DNA of 64,000 nucleotides from Octopus sinensis (GCF_006345805.1 NC_043020.1:8742001-8806000); one strand, 5' to 3'; counted from the first letter of the stretch, positions 26,251-38,393 are shown. Numbers and translations are program-made. Notes: generated by a model from the letters alone, not told the origin.

Positions 26251-27164
26251 TAAGAGAGAGAGAGAAGGGGAGGCGGGAAAAAAAAAAAGCATCGATTTCA
26301 ACTGTTTATTGATTCAGGTGCGCACCCCCTCCCCTCCCACCCTCCCCCGCTGCACCCACTCCGTCGTCTTCGTCCTTCCTTCCTTCGCTCCCCCTCCACG
26401 CCCATTCTTCCTCGGAAGGATTCACTTATCAAAATCCATAAAAAGGTGGCCAACAGCAACATCAACAACATTAACAACAACAACAAATGATAATAATGGT
26501 AATACTATCACAAAGCAGCCACTGGGAGAGTCTGGAGGGTTAGTGTTTTTTTTTTTTTTATTTTTGCAGTGGACAGTTGATTATCACATAAAAATTCTGG
26601 ATTTTAGATTATGAGTTTATTGGTGGGCGGGGCGGGTGGTGGGGGGCGGGGGGGTGGGGGGGTGGGGGGGGGGGGGGGAAGAGGCGTCGTAATTTTTTTT
26701 TTTTTTTTGCAAGCTAAAGATGAAGGACAGCAGTTCATTTTTCACGGTACCTGCTCCGAAAAGTCACATGACAAGCTACTAAAACAAAAAGGGACCACCC
26801 TACACCCACACCCCCCCTACCCTAATGTGAAGAAAACGGTGCCGGCTTTAAGAGTTTTTTTGTTAAGCATTTATTTATTCACTTTATTTATCCTTATTTG
26901 GGGTTTTTTTTTTTTTTTGATAGATGAAGATATGGAACTTATAAAATCTCTAAGTCAGTCACTGAATAAATATATACACACACACATATACATATATATA
27001 TATACATACATACATAATAATATATACAACATATTATACATACATATATACATATACATATACATAATACATATACATACATACATATACATACATACAT
27101 ACATATACATACATATATAATACATATATATACATACATACATATACATACATACATAATATAT

Positions 27165-27196
<32 letters not shown>

Positions 27197-27256
27197 CATA
27201 CATATATATATACATATATATATACATACATATATATATATACATATATACATACA

Positions 27257-27292
<36 letters not shown>

Positions 27293-27330
27293 CATACATA
27301 CATATATATACATACATACATATATACAAC

Positions 27331-27363
<33 letters not shown>

Positions 27364-27563
27364 ACATACATACATATTACATTACATACATATTAATCTA
27401 TATATATACATAATACATATATACATATATATATATACATACATACATATATACATATATATATATACATACATACATATATACATATACTATATATTAT
27501 ATACATACATACATATATACATACATATATATACATATATATATATACATACATAGATATATA

Positions 27564-27617
<54 letters not shown>

Positions 27618-27618
27618 C

Positions 27619-27652
<34 letters not shown>

Positions 27653-27713
27653 CATTATATACATACAATATAACATACATATATATATAATATATATATA
27701 TATATATACATAC

Positions 27714-27784
<71 letters not shown>

Positions 27785-29541
27785 ATATCGAAGAACAAAA
27801 ATGAGTGCTCAACACTGCATTGATGGATACATATTCTCTAGTTGTGAATTAACAAGGCTACCAATGGTTTCATGTTAAGAGAGATATCTCATCCAAAACG
27901 GAGATAGGTAGCAATGTTCCCATGGACTAGGCTTAAGAGATTCCTATTGACCTGAAACTATTGGTAGCCTTATTAACCCACAAAGGGTATATATATATAT
28001 ATATATATGTGTGTGGTGTGTGTGTGTGTGTGTGTGTGTATATGTATGTGTGTATGTATGTATGTAAATGTATGCACCATCTGTTGCCGTACGTAATTTG
28101 CCTTTTCATACCTATATCCAAAGAAATATATAAAGAGGTATTTATAGACTTTTAGTATCAACAGTAAAATGATCAAACAACTAATGTTATTATTAATATT
28201 ACTGCTACTACTACAAAGTGATTTTGAAATGACTTGATTGATTCATAAAACAAATGAGACTTAATACTAAAACTCCCCACCCCTCCCGACAACAAATATA
28301 AATTTTAAACTTTATTTACTGCCCCAAGTTTAGGATGAATTTTCTAATAAAAGGACTTCCTTCAGTGTGTTTAGTTCGAATTGCCAACAAGAGAAAGCTT
28401 TTGGCATTTCCAAACAAGGAATTAAAAGAAAAAAAAGAGAAAAAAATAATCCCTCGTTTTATTCAGTGAGTTACTGGTGATCCCTATTTTCAAACATGTG
28501 CCGTGGCCCCCATCTGCAGACAATGCAACACTGGAAGTCAGTAACTAAAATTAACCAAACAGCATTGGAGATGAAAGAAAAAGGAAAAAAAAGTAGTATA
28601 GGGGACGGGATTGTATGTGTGTCCCCAAATTATATTTTGCTTCTCTTTTGCAAGCACAATTATGACCAGTCTGTGTGTATTTTAGTCAAAGCCCCAGCAG
28701 CGTCAGAGACTAAGAAACAACCAGAAAGAATAGTACAATGAGTCCTCATTTAGTTTTTGCAAGCACAATAACTTTAGGCTATTTACTGACAATATGTGGC
28801 CCCTGTGGCCCCTATTTGTTAGTGTCTTGGCTAGAGAGGGACTAAATTCTAGAGCCCCAAGAGGGTAATGTCATGTAACACTTTCAGGTCATACAATGTC
28901 CCTGACATTTTATGACGTAAAACAGTCATCTAACAAGAGACCCAAGATTTTTATATTCATTTGGAAGGGTTTTCCAGGTTTTTCATTTTAGTGTTTTATT
29001 CTTGTTGGTTTTGCTTCTGCGATATAAAATAAAATGGAACTATGCAGCTATGATATAAACATTGAGAATATATATATATATACACACGCATATATATACA
29101 TACACATATATATATATATATATATATAAAAACACACACCAGTTAATAAGCCAAGGTAATGATTTCAAAAACTATATATATATATATAGTCACACATATA
29201 CACAAATGTATAGAATGTGCTAGTGTGTATATATACTAATTTGTGAATGGGGTTTCTCCTAACAGGACGAGCAATACAACTGCAATTAATATAAATATTT
29301 TTCAGTCTGTTATTGACTGGCTGAATAAAAGAAGCCTCCAGCGATTAATGTGAAGGGTAATGGAATTACAAAGGATTTCACAAATATGGGAACCGACTGA
29401 AGTCGAACTCTATGGAAAGACAGGTATAAAAGAATTCAGAGGGCTTTAAAGCATTCACCAGTAATAAAAAAAAAGGGTGCAACAGCGTGAGTGGATGTAT
29501 ATGTGTGTGAGTGTGTATATATATATATATTTATTTATAGA

Positions 29542-29599
29542 AGGAGCTTCTACAGGACTAGAACTGTTTCATTCAAATGAAATCATCAGGAAGCTTCCT
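29542..29599 (-). ncRNA. Mirror copy of the hammerhead motif on the UBE2H sense strand
   Basis: 29534-29653 is a perfect palindrome, so the minus strand carries the identical motif; predicted cleavage after position 29551. Confidence 0.65.
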
Positions 29600-29645
29600 G
29601 ATGATTTCATTTGAATGAAACAGTTCTAGTCCTGTAGAAGCTCCT
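29588..29645 (+). ncRNA. Minimal type-I hammerhead ribozyme motif (Penelope-like element type)
   Basis: Stem I AGCUUC(29592-97)/GAAGCU(29637-42); CUGAUGA 29598-604; weak helix II (UUC/GAA, U.U closing); GAAA 29617-20; stem III ACAG/CUGU with loop UUCUAGUC (palindromic CUAG); GUA cleavage triplet 29634-36. Confidence 0.7.
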
Positions 29646-30462
29646 TCTATAAAATAAATTAATTTACTCTGCTATGTATTGAGTACCTTATTTACTGTGG
29701 TTAACCCCAACTCAACCCGGGACCTACATATATATATATATATATACATACACACACATTTTATACACACATATTTATTCACACGCACAGAGGTATAACA
29801 TGATGGTAAAAGTAAATGTGCTAGAGTTAGTTCCCTTGCAGCTTTCCTAGCGCTTTCAGCCAGAGATTTGCGGTGAAGGGAGTTGATGGAGAACGGGGGA
29901 GTTTATTATGAGATCAGCAACAAGCCGACAGCTACGGTAACAACTATAGAAGGGACAAGAGAATGAAGAAAGACTACGGGCTTGCTAAAAAACACAGACA
30001 CTATAGTACTATTGCTGCTGGTGGATTCTACGAAACAACAAAAATAATATATATATAAACTATATACATATATTTATGTGTGTTTATGTATGTGTATATG
30101 ATATATATCTATATCTATATATATATACATTATATATGGGTGTAGTCTTTCATTTTAAACCTGTTACGATGATCCTTCCAACTGTCAAAGTGTTACCAAG
30201 AGCCACTTGGTAACATACTGAGAGTCAAAACAGCCTTGAGTCAAGTTTTAAATGAAACTGCTCCTCTTGCATCAGGTACAGAGGACCAAAACTGGATGTA
30301 ATCCACTTTATTTTGAACCAAATTCAACCGACGACATAAGAAGCAGTCCCCAGAAGATGACAAATTTTCTGGCTGGGTTCTTATTGTAGGCTGACCGGAC
30401 GACACGTGGGAACTTACAAGCTGAACTGGACATAAACACAGTGAAAGGTAGATAAGAGGTGT

Positions 30463-30513
<51 letters not shown>

Positions 30514-30744
30514 TGGTATGAGGTGAGAAAGAAGGAAAGAAAAAGAGGAGGGTGGAATGAAAGATGGAGAAGAATTTGGTAAACTGGCAACAGCAGGAAC
30601 AAGCAAGAGGTAAGATGGTGGCTACGGGGGACTGGAGATAAACAGGGGGTTAACAAGAGATGGCTTCAACAACAAGCCACAGAATTGTATGTGTGTGTGT
30701 GTGTGTATTTTGAGATTAGGCATATGTGTATGTGTGTGTATGTG

Positions 30745-30776
<32 letters not shown>

Positions 30777-31070
30777 TATACACATATATATACACACACA
30801 CATATACACATATGTACATGTGTATGTGTATATATCTATGTACGTGTGTGTGAATATTATATATATATATATATATATGCAGGCATGTATATATGTGTAC
30901 GTATGTGCATATATATATACACACACATACATACATGTATATCTGTATATATACACACACACACCTTTATATAAATTTACAAGTACATATGTATATACAA
31001 GTGCATATATATATATATATATATATATACATACATATATATTATTAATATACATACATATCTACATGTT

Positions 31071-31102
<32 letters not shown>

Positions 31103-31418
31103 CACACATGTGTGTGTGTGTGTAGATATATCCTTTCTATTTTGAGTTTCAATTTTTCTTCTTTGTTTTATTTATTTATTTTTCTCTGAATTTATTTAAA
31201 TTTTTTTTTTCCTTTTGCTCTTTTTTTTTTTGTTCTTTTTACTTTCTTCTTTCGAACATCAGAAATTATGTACATGTATGTAAGATGTGTGAAGATTTTT
31301 AAAAAAATACCCAACAACAAGGAACTATCAACAACAACAACAACAACTCCTCTTCTTCTTCCTCCTCCTCCTTCTCCTCTCCCTCCCTCCTCCACCTCCC
31401 CCAGTCACTGAGCCTGTG

Positions 31419-31537
31419 TTACAGTTCCATATCCTGTACTTCATCTTCGGAGAAGTCACTCATAGAGCTCTCTGTTGAAGTCGATGTGTGCTCCTGTTCA
31501 CGAAGGGCTTCTTCTGTTGCATATTTCTTCACGTATT
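31419..31537 (-). CDS. UBE2H: UBE2H last coding exon: [39 protein letters not shown]
   Basis: tttgcag acceptor; TAA at 31421-31419; the acidic tail [14 protein letters not shown] is characteristic of UBE2H. Confidence 0.97.
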
Positions 31538-31675
31538 CTGCAAAACCACACAGAACAAACAAATAAAATGTAAACAATTAATAAAATAAAAACCAAATGA
31601 AATAATTGAAAATTGGAAAAAAAAAAAAAAAATCTTCTCCTCTAATAATAAAAATAGTTGTTTGTAATTTAGACA

Positions 31676-31837
31676 CAAGGAGTGGCTGTGTGGTAAGTAG
31701 CTTGCTAACCAACCACATGGTTCTGGGTTCAGTCCCATTGCGTGGCACTTTGGGCAAGTGTCTTCTGCTATAGCCCCGGGCCGACCAATGCCTTGTGAGT
31801 GGATTTGGTAGACGGAAACTGAAAGAAGCCTGTCGTA

Positions 31838-31917
<80 letters not shown>

Positions 31918-32120
31918 TTGTGTGTCTATATTTGTCCCCCTAGCATTGCTTGACAACCGATGCTAGTGTGTTTACGTCCCCGTCACTTAGCGGTTCGGCA
32001 AAAGAGACCGATAGAATAAGTACTGGGCTTACAAAGAATAAGTCCCGGGGTCGAGTTGCTCAATTAAAGGCAGTGCACCAGCATGGCCACAGTCAAATGA
32101 CTGAAAAGAGTAAAAGAGTA
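31676..32120 (+). mobile_element. SINE family A copy in the last UBE2H intron
   Basis: Matches the consensus. Confidence 0.88.
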
Positions 32121-34096
32121 AGGCGAGCAATTTTTTAGGGGGGAAAAAGGGTTAGGGATGTTACCATGGATTTCAAAAAAGGTGAGGTCAACTCAGAAAG
32201 GAAAGAACCAGAAGAAATAGCAAGAGTCTGTCACCCTACTACCTTTGTAGAAACAGTAATACTATAACTGTTTCCCTATTAAAGGGCTGGAAAAACAAAG
32301 GAATATTAAACCCTTTTGTCACATTATTTCTGTCTTGTTTCCCTTAAGTTTTAAAATAATAAAGAATTTAGTAAAATAACTTTGTCCATATTACGGTATA
32401 AATTTACATGAAATTTTGGTAGAGGGTTTTAATTTAGATCACTTTAACCCTTTTGTTACCATATCTGGATTGGCCTGCTTGCCTAAGCAGCAGGGTGGTG
32501 TCATTCAATGGCTAAAATGATGCAAAGCACATAGTGACCAGTGATGTGTAACTCTACAAACTTCCTATAGAAATTAGAGCCAGCACTGAAAGTTACGTTT
32601 TGTATACATCTATGTAAACAATGCAATCAAAGATAGAAAAATAGGTGCTACTGAGGACAGGGCAAGAACTCCTGAAATATGTATCTTCACCCATTGACTA
32701 TTTTCCTATCTTTGATTGTATTGTTTACCTTGACAAATTCGTATACAAGACTTTCAGTGCTGGCTCTAACTTCTATAGAAAACCTGTGGAGATACACTTA
32801 AAAAATGCACTACTAACACAAAGTTGGATGCAGAATTGACTTCTAAGGCTTAGCTACACTTGGTAGTATATTATAATTGCAAAACGAAATATGGTGTCCC
32901 TACTAGTAATTAATCCTTATATAAGTTTGTGCCTGAGGGTTGTGGCCATGCAGGAGCACTGCCTACGCAATTTGCATCGTTTCAGTACTGCTTAATTTTT
33001 AGCGAATAAGGGAGTTTTACACCACAGCCATCATTTGCCTTTCATGTTGTGATGCTGGTACATCTGAAATTGCAGAGGGTTACCCAGGTATATCAAATAC
33101 CAAACAACATAAGGTCTTGATTTATTAAAATTATCTCCACCTCAAGACAATGTATCGTTGTTACCAAAAGGCAATTGAAACCAATTCCATATGAAAAGGG
33201 GAGAGAATCTCAAGTATCAAAATTTTCTCCAAAGTTGAGATGCCATTAAGGAAAAAAAAAAAAAACAAGCTTATTGTTGAGGAGTGACAAGAGGACAATC
33301 GTGGACAGGTGTTTCTGGTTTAATAACCATCGTCAGTACAACAGATGTCCAACATCTTCAGCATCCAAGAGATAGTGATATATGCATCCTTCAAAACTTC
33401 CATGCTTTCTGAGATTCGCCAACACTACACCTGATTTTCTCCCCTCCATACACACACAAGCATGTATCTGACTCCGCTTTCCAGACATTTGTACATTACT
33501 GCATGTACTTTATATGCACTTTCTGACAAGTTGTGGTGCACCTGAGCACTGTATACAATAATTTCATTATATATATATAGAAAAAGAGTAGAAAATATTA
33601 ACCCAGGTAATTTGCATAATTTAAGCAAAAGGGAGGTAAAAGAAATAACTCAGAATGACCAGTGGTATGTGTATGAACAACATGGACGAATACAGGTATA
33701 TCAAATACCATACATCATAAATTCTGGATTTATTAAAATTCAACATCCACTGTATAAAACATTATGGGTTTTTGAAACCTAGGCCACTGCAGTTACCCAG
33801 GTAACAAAAGCAATCTATTAGCTCCAGGAGAGAACTTCCTGGGCATCTAATAATGAATTAAAATTTTGGCACAAGGCCAGAAAATTCAGGGGAAGGGGTA
33901 AATTGATTACATTGGCCCCCAGTATACATCTGGTACATATCTTATCGACATGAAAGGATAAAAGACAACGTCGACTTTGGCGGAATTTGAACCCAGAACG
34001 AAAAGACAAAATGCTGCTAAGCATTTTGCCCAACGTGCTAATGATTCCATAGCTCATTGCCTTATTTTAGAGACATATCAATAAGCAGGTCACTTT

Positions 34097-34512
34097 CATC
34101 ATCATCATCATCATTGTTCGATCATGGTCGAGACAATGGAATTTACCATGCTACGCCAGACTTCACGGTCCATCATGGCATTACGGAGGTCCTGTTGCTG
34201 GATGCCTGTATCCCTGGAGATTACATCAGGGTAGGAGAGTGTGCGCCCTCTGGTATTGCGAGTAGATGGCTTCCAGAGAAGAAGAGTAGAAATTGCCTCG
34301 TTTTCAGCTCTACAACAATGTCCAGCAAACTGGACTCTCCTACCTTTCACAAGAGATGACACAGGTGTTAGTTTCCCATATATTTGCATTTTGGTTGGAT
34401 GACACTTCCATGAGAGATTTTGAGTTCTCATAAGGAGGCGAGTGTAGGTTCCATCCAACCGCCTCTCAAGCTTCTTTGATAACGTCCAGGTTTCTGAGCC
34501 ATATAGTAGAAT
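34097..34512 (-). mobile_element. 5'-truncated RTE-clade LINE (ORF2 C-terminus, (GAT)n tail)
   Basis: ILLYGSETWTLSKKLERRLDGTYTRLLMR..SWK.H.T...YG.L..VS......R...AGHC.R; 7-bp duplication TCACTTT at 34090-34096 and 34531-34537. Confidence 0.85.
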
Positions 34513-34863
34513 TCTACTATATGGCTCAGATCACTTTACCTATTTGCCAATTATCTTTCACCTTTTTACTTGTTTCAGTCACTGGACTGCGGCCATGCTG
34601 GAGCACCAGCCTGAAGAGTTTAGACAAATAAATCAAACTCCTTGTATTTATTTTTCAAAGCTGGCTTTTATTTTATTGGTACACTTTTGATGAACCACTG
34701 AGATAGGGAGGGAGCATAAACAAACCAACACCAGTTGCCAAGTGGTGCAGGGAAAGAGCAAAGTCGACCAGAGTGGAATTTGTACTCAGAACATAAAAAT
34801 GGATGAAATGCTGCCAAGCATTTCAGCCGATGTAGTAACGATTCTGTCAGCTCACTGCCTTCG

Positions 34864-35845
34864 AATAATAATAATCCTTTCTACTATAGGCCCAAGGCCT
34901 GAAATTTTGGGGAGGAGGGGACTAGTTGATTACATCGACCCCAGTACTCAACTGGTACTTAATTTATCAACCCTGAAAGGATGAAAGGCAAAGTCGACCT
35001 CAGCAGAATTTGAACTCAGAATGTAGCAATGGGAAAAATAATGCTAACCATTTTATCCAGCATGCAAACGATTCTGCCAGCTTATCAGCTTAATAATAAT
35101 AATAATAATAATAATAATATTAATGGTGATAATCCTTTCTACAGTAGGCACAAAGCCCAGAATTTGTGGGAAGGGGGCTAGATGATTGCACTGACCCCAG
35201 TACTCAACTGGTACTTAATTTATCAACCCTGAAAGGATGAAAGGCAAAGTCGACCTCAGCAGAATTTGAACTCAGAATGTAGCAATGGGAAAAATAATGC
35301 TAACCATTTTATCCAGCATGCAAACGATTCTGCCAGCTTATCAGCTTAATAATAATAATAATAATAATAATAATATTAATGGTGATAATCCTTTCTACAG
35401 TAGGCACAAAGCCCAGAATTTGTGGGAAGGGGGCTAGATGATTGCACTGACCCCAGTACTCAACTGGTACTTAATTTATCAACCCTGAAAGGATGAAAGG
35501 CAAAGTCGACCTCAGCAGAATTTGAACTCAGAATGTAGCAATGGGCAAAATAATGCTAACCATTTTATCCAGCATGCTAACGATTCTGCCAGCTTATCAG
35601 CTTAATAATAATAATAATAATAATAATAATATTAATGGTGATAATCCTTTCTACAGTAGGCACAAAGCCCAGAATTTGTGGGAAGGGGGCTAGATGATTG
35701 CACTGACCCCAGTACTCAACTGGTACTTAATTTATTGACCCTGAAAAGATGAAAGGCAAAGTTGACCTCGGCAGAATTTGAACGCGAAACGTAAAGATGG
35801 ATGAAATGCTACTAAGCATTTTACCTGGCATGCTAATGTGTCTGC
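34864..35845 (-). repeat. 256-bp tandem array built from family B SINEs
   Basis: ACTGGTACTT at 34951, 35207, 35463, 35719. Confidence 0.92.
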
Positions 35846-35885
35846 TAGCTCATTGCCTTGATAATAATAATAATAATAATAATAA

Positions 35886-36441
35886 ATGCCCTGATGCAGT
35901 ACTAGGCAGTGGCTCTCATGGCTTCTGATCTTAACTGATTAGAAGTGTTATCATGTACATTGTTTTGTCTTGGTATAAAAGATCGGCTACAGCAAACATT
36001 CTGCTCAGTACTACAAATTTGCTTGTCAGTTGCTTGACCTTAACCAGTTGAGCATGTCCCTTAGTGGCTGACGATATGTGCATCTCTGATCACGAGCAGA
36101 AGTAGTGGGGGAGCATCATAGCCATGTGTTGAGAGGGATTCTTTGGGGTTTGAATAATTCACCTCTGGAAACATGGGTGTTTCGTTCAACATCCTTAAAC
36201 AACCCTTATTCAGGGACCTTTTGAGCGGGATGAGTTACTCGACCAGAAGAAAATTCTAACTGGGCCCCACCTGCAAGATCCTGTGCTGTTTATCTTGATA
36301 TGAGATCACCATGTCGTGCACATATGGTTGTGATGCATGTGCCTAGTGTACCCTTATCAGACGGGTAGTCATGATGGGTATACTGGGCTTCGTATATTTT
36401 ACCCCAGTGTCACTTTGATGGCATGCACTGCTCTCTCACTC

Positions 36442-36445
<4 letters not shown>
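35886..36445 (-). mobile_element. ~560-bp retroposon-like repeat inside (AAT)n (possibly the 3'UTR of an R4/Dong-type LINE)
   Basis: Flanked on both sides by (AAT)n; no ORF; clade assignment is inference only. Confidence 0.45.
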
Positions 36446-36473
<28 letters not shown>

Positions 36474-36522
36474 GTGTAAACACAGGTGGGTAGATAGGAA
36501 AGAAAAAAACTGAAGATTTTAC

Positions 36523-36651
36523 CTTGAATTTTCTTCTTGTATTCGTCTGGTTTGTGCAGGTACATGGCTGCAGCATCACCATTCAAAGGATCAATAGGGT
36601 TGGGGTAGGTTAATAACTGTGGCAAGAATGACTCAAATATATTGGACAAAT
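36523..36651 (-). CDS. UBE2H: UBE2H coding exon (129 bp): [43 protein letters not shown](E)
   Basis: Lies within ORF 36440..36670; ttttccag acceptor, gtaaaa donor; near-identical to UBE2H as recalled. Confidence 0.97.
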
Positions 36652-36900
36652 CTGGAAAAAAAAAAAACACAGAAATAAAATCAAAATAAAACTGGTTTCA
36701 AATTTTGGCACAAGGCCAGTAAATTCAGACCTGGGGTGTGGATCGTTTTCATTGACGCCGGCACTCGACTGCTACTGATTACATCGACCCCCCCCCCCCC
36801 ACAAGAGGATGAAAGGCAAAGTTGACCTCAGCAGAATTTGAACTCACATTGTGAAAACATGAAATACGGCTAAGCATTTTTTCCCCAGGCTAACATTTAA

Positions 36901-37502
36901 CCCTTTAGTGTTTAAACCGGCCATATCTGGCCCAAATCTCTCTCTATATAAACGGCAGTTTGTCTGTGCGTGTTTCTGTGTGTCTGTTTGCTTGTATCCT
37001 CACCCTGACCACGGCTTTCAACCGATTCTGATGAAACTTGACACACACATAGCCCAATGTCATAATTCAAAACTAACGCAGCGAAAATTTTGAAAAGTTC
37101 CCCCAGTTCTGAAAAAAATCGATAAATTCGACATGGGGTCGAGAATCAGAAACACAAACCGCAAACTGTCTAGGGGACGCAACTCCACCTTTTTTAACTA
37201 AAAAAAAAATTACCATCATTTTTTTCCATTTTTTTGCTATTTTTTGGCTATAACTCTCTAAAAATGCTTTATAGTTATTTCCCTTACAAACCTGAGCAAC
37301 GCCGGGCGATACTGCTAGTATTCTATATGTCTTATATTCAAACTGGCCATATCCAGCCTCTTACACCTAACCTACAGTGACATTCTAAAAATAAACAATC
37401 ACATCATTGAAACCTCAAAGCTATAACATAATGCATGATTAATTCAAAACAATTTGAGTGAAAAAATATTACATTTAAGAGAGTAATCTGAACACTAAAG
37501 GG
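36901..37502. mobile_element. piggyBac-type MITE (TTAA|CCCTTTAGTGTT...AACACTAAAGGG|TTAA)
   Basis: TTAA at 36897-36900 and 37503-37506; fragments of the family at 12180-12300 and 43150-43270. Confidence 0.8.
36937..37318 (+). mobile_element. Non-autonomous Helitron nested in the piggyBac MITE
   Basis: 5' TCTCTCTCTATATAAA; 3' GC-rich GAGCAACGCCGGGCG followed by CTAG; inserted between A and T with no target-site duplication. Confidence 0.8.
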
Positions 37503-37790
37503 TTAAACATGAAATGGAATGACAAAATTCAACAATGAAAATGTCAGCTGTGCTGAAAAATAGTGTGAGGGTCAAGGCTGGAAGTGTTTTGATTGTAGGC
37601 CAACATGACCAGGAAAAAAGCTGCTTCTAATTGTTGCCATTTTCACTGCTGCCATCACCACTATCACCGTCATCTTCATCATTATTGTTCTAATGTCTAA
37701 TGTCCACTTGCATGTTAATTTAACGAGCAGGCTGTTCTGTCAATCGGATTGACTGGAACCCTTGTCGTTAAAACTGACGGAGTGCCAGTA

Positions 37791-37841
<51 letters not shown>

Positions 37842-38357
37842 AATCAAGGAATGGCCATAATAGGCCATTCACCCACTAGAAATAACAGCCAAAGCTTCAA
37901 CCGCAAAATAACATCAATTCCGCAAACCAGGGGAAAATTAAAAAAACATTTACCCTGTAATTTCTTATACGATGCACCGTTTCATCTATTGTTTAATGGT
38001 AAACTAACCTGATTAAATTAAATCAAGCCAGTCTTCCATATGCCGATAGTAAGAAACAGCCAGATCCGAGCAGATATTATCACGAGGCACCTCTATCCCT
38101 GCCTCGGCAATATCTGACCTAAAATTTTCAAATCATCGCACTCGCGCCAAATTTATCGGCAGCAAATATAAGCCGCCGATTCCATTACGGAATTAACCAG
38201 AAAATTCATAATTAATCAATATAGGGTGGCAAAAAATTTCGTAGAATTTATTTGCCACCAGCGGCCTAGTGGGAAAAAATTAAATTTTTATTTTTTCCCA
38301 CTAGGCCGCTGGTGGCAAATAAATTCTACGAAATTTTTTGCCACCCTATATTGATTA

Positions 38358-38388
<31 letters not shown>

Positions 38389-38393
38389 TATAT

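Larger units (their letters stand above)
29534..29730. mobile_element. Probable Penelope-like retroelement remnant (pLTR fragment with inverted 5' duplication)
   Basis: A hammerhead motif plus a palindromic arrangement, inserted in (TA)n sequence, are known features of Penelope-like elements. No RT or GIY-YIG coding sequence is visible. Confidence 0.5.
24177..31418 (-). other. UBE2H: Putative long (~7.2 kb) 3'UTR of UBE2H
   Basis: No recognisable SINE between about 24135 and 31676, against roughly one per kb elsewhere; ends at AATAAA plus a U/GU-rich downstream element. Proximal AATAAA copies near 31170 and 30310 are alternatives. Confidence 0.55.
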
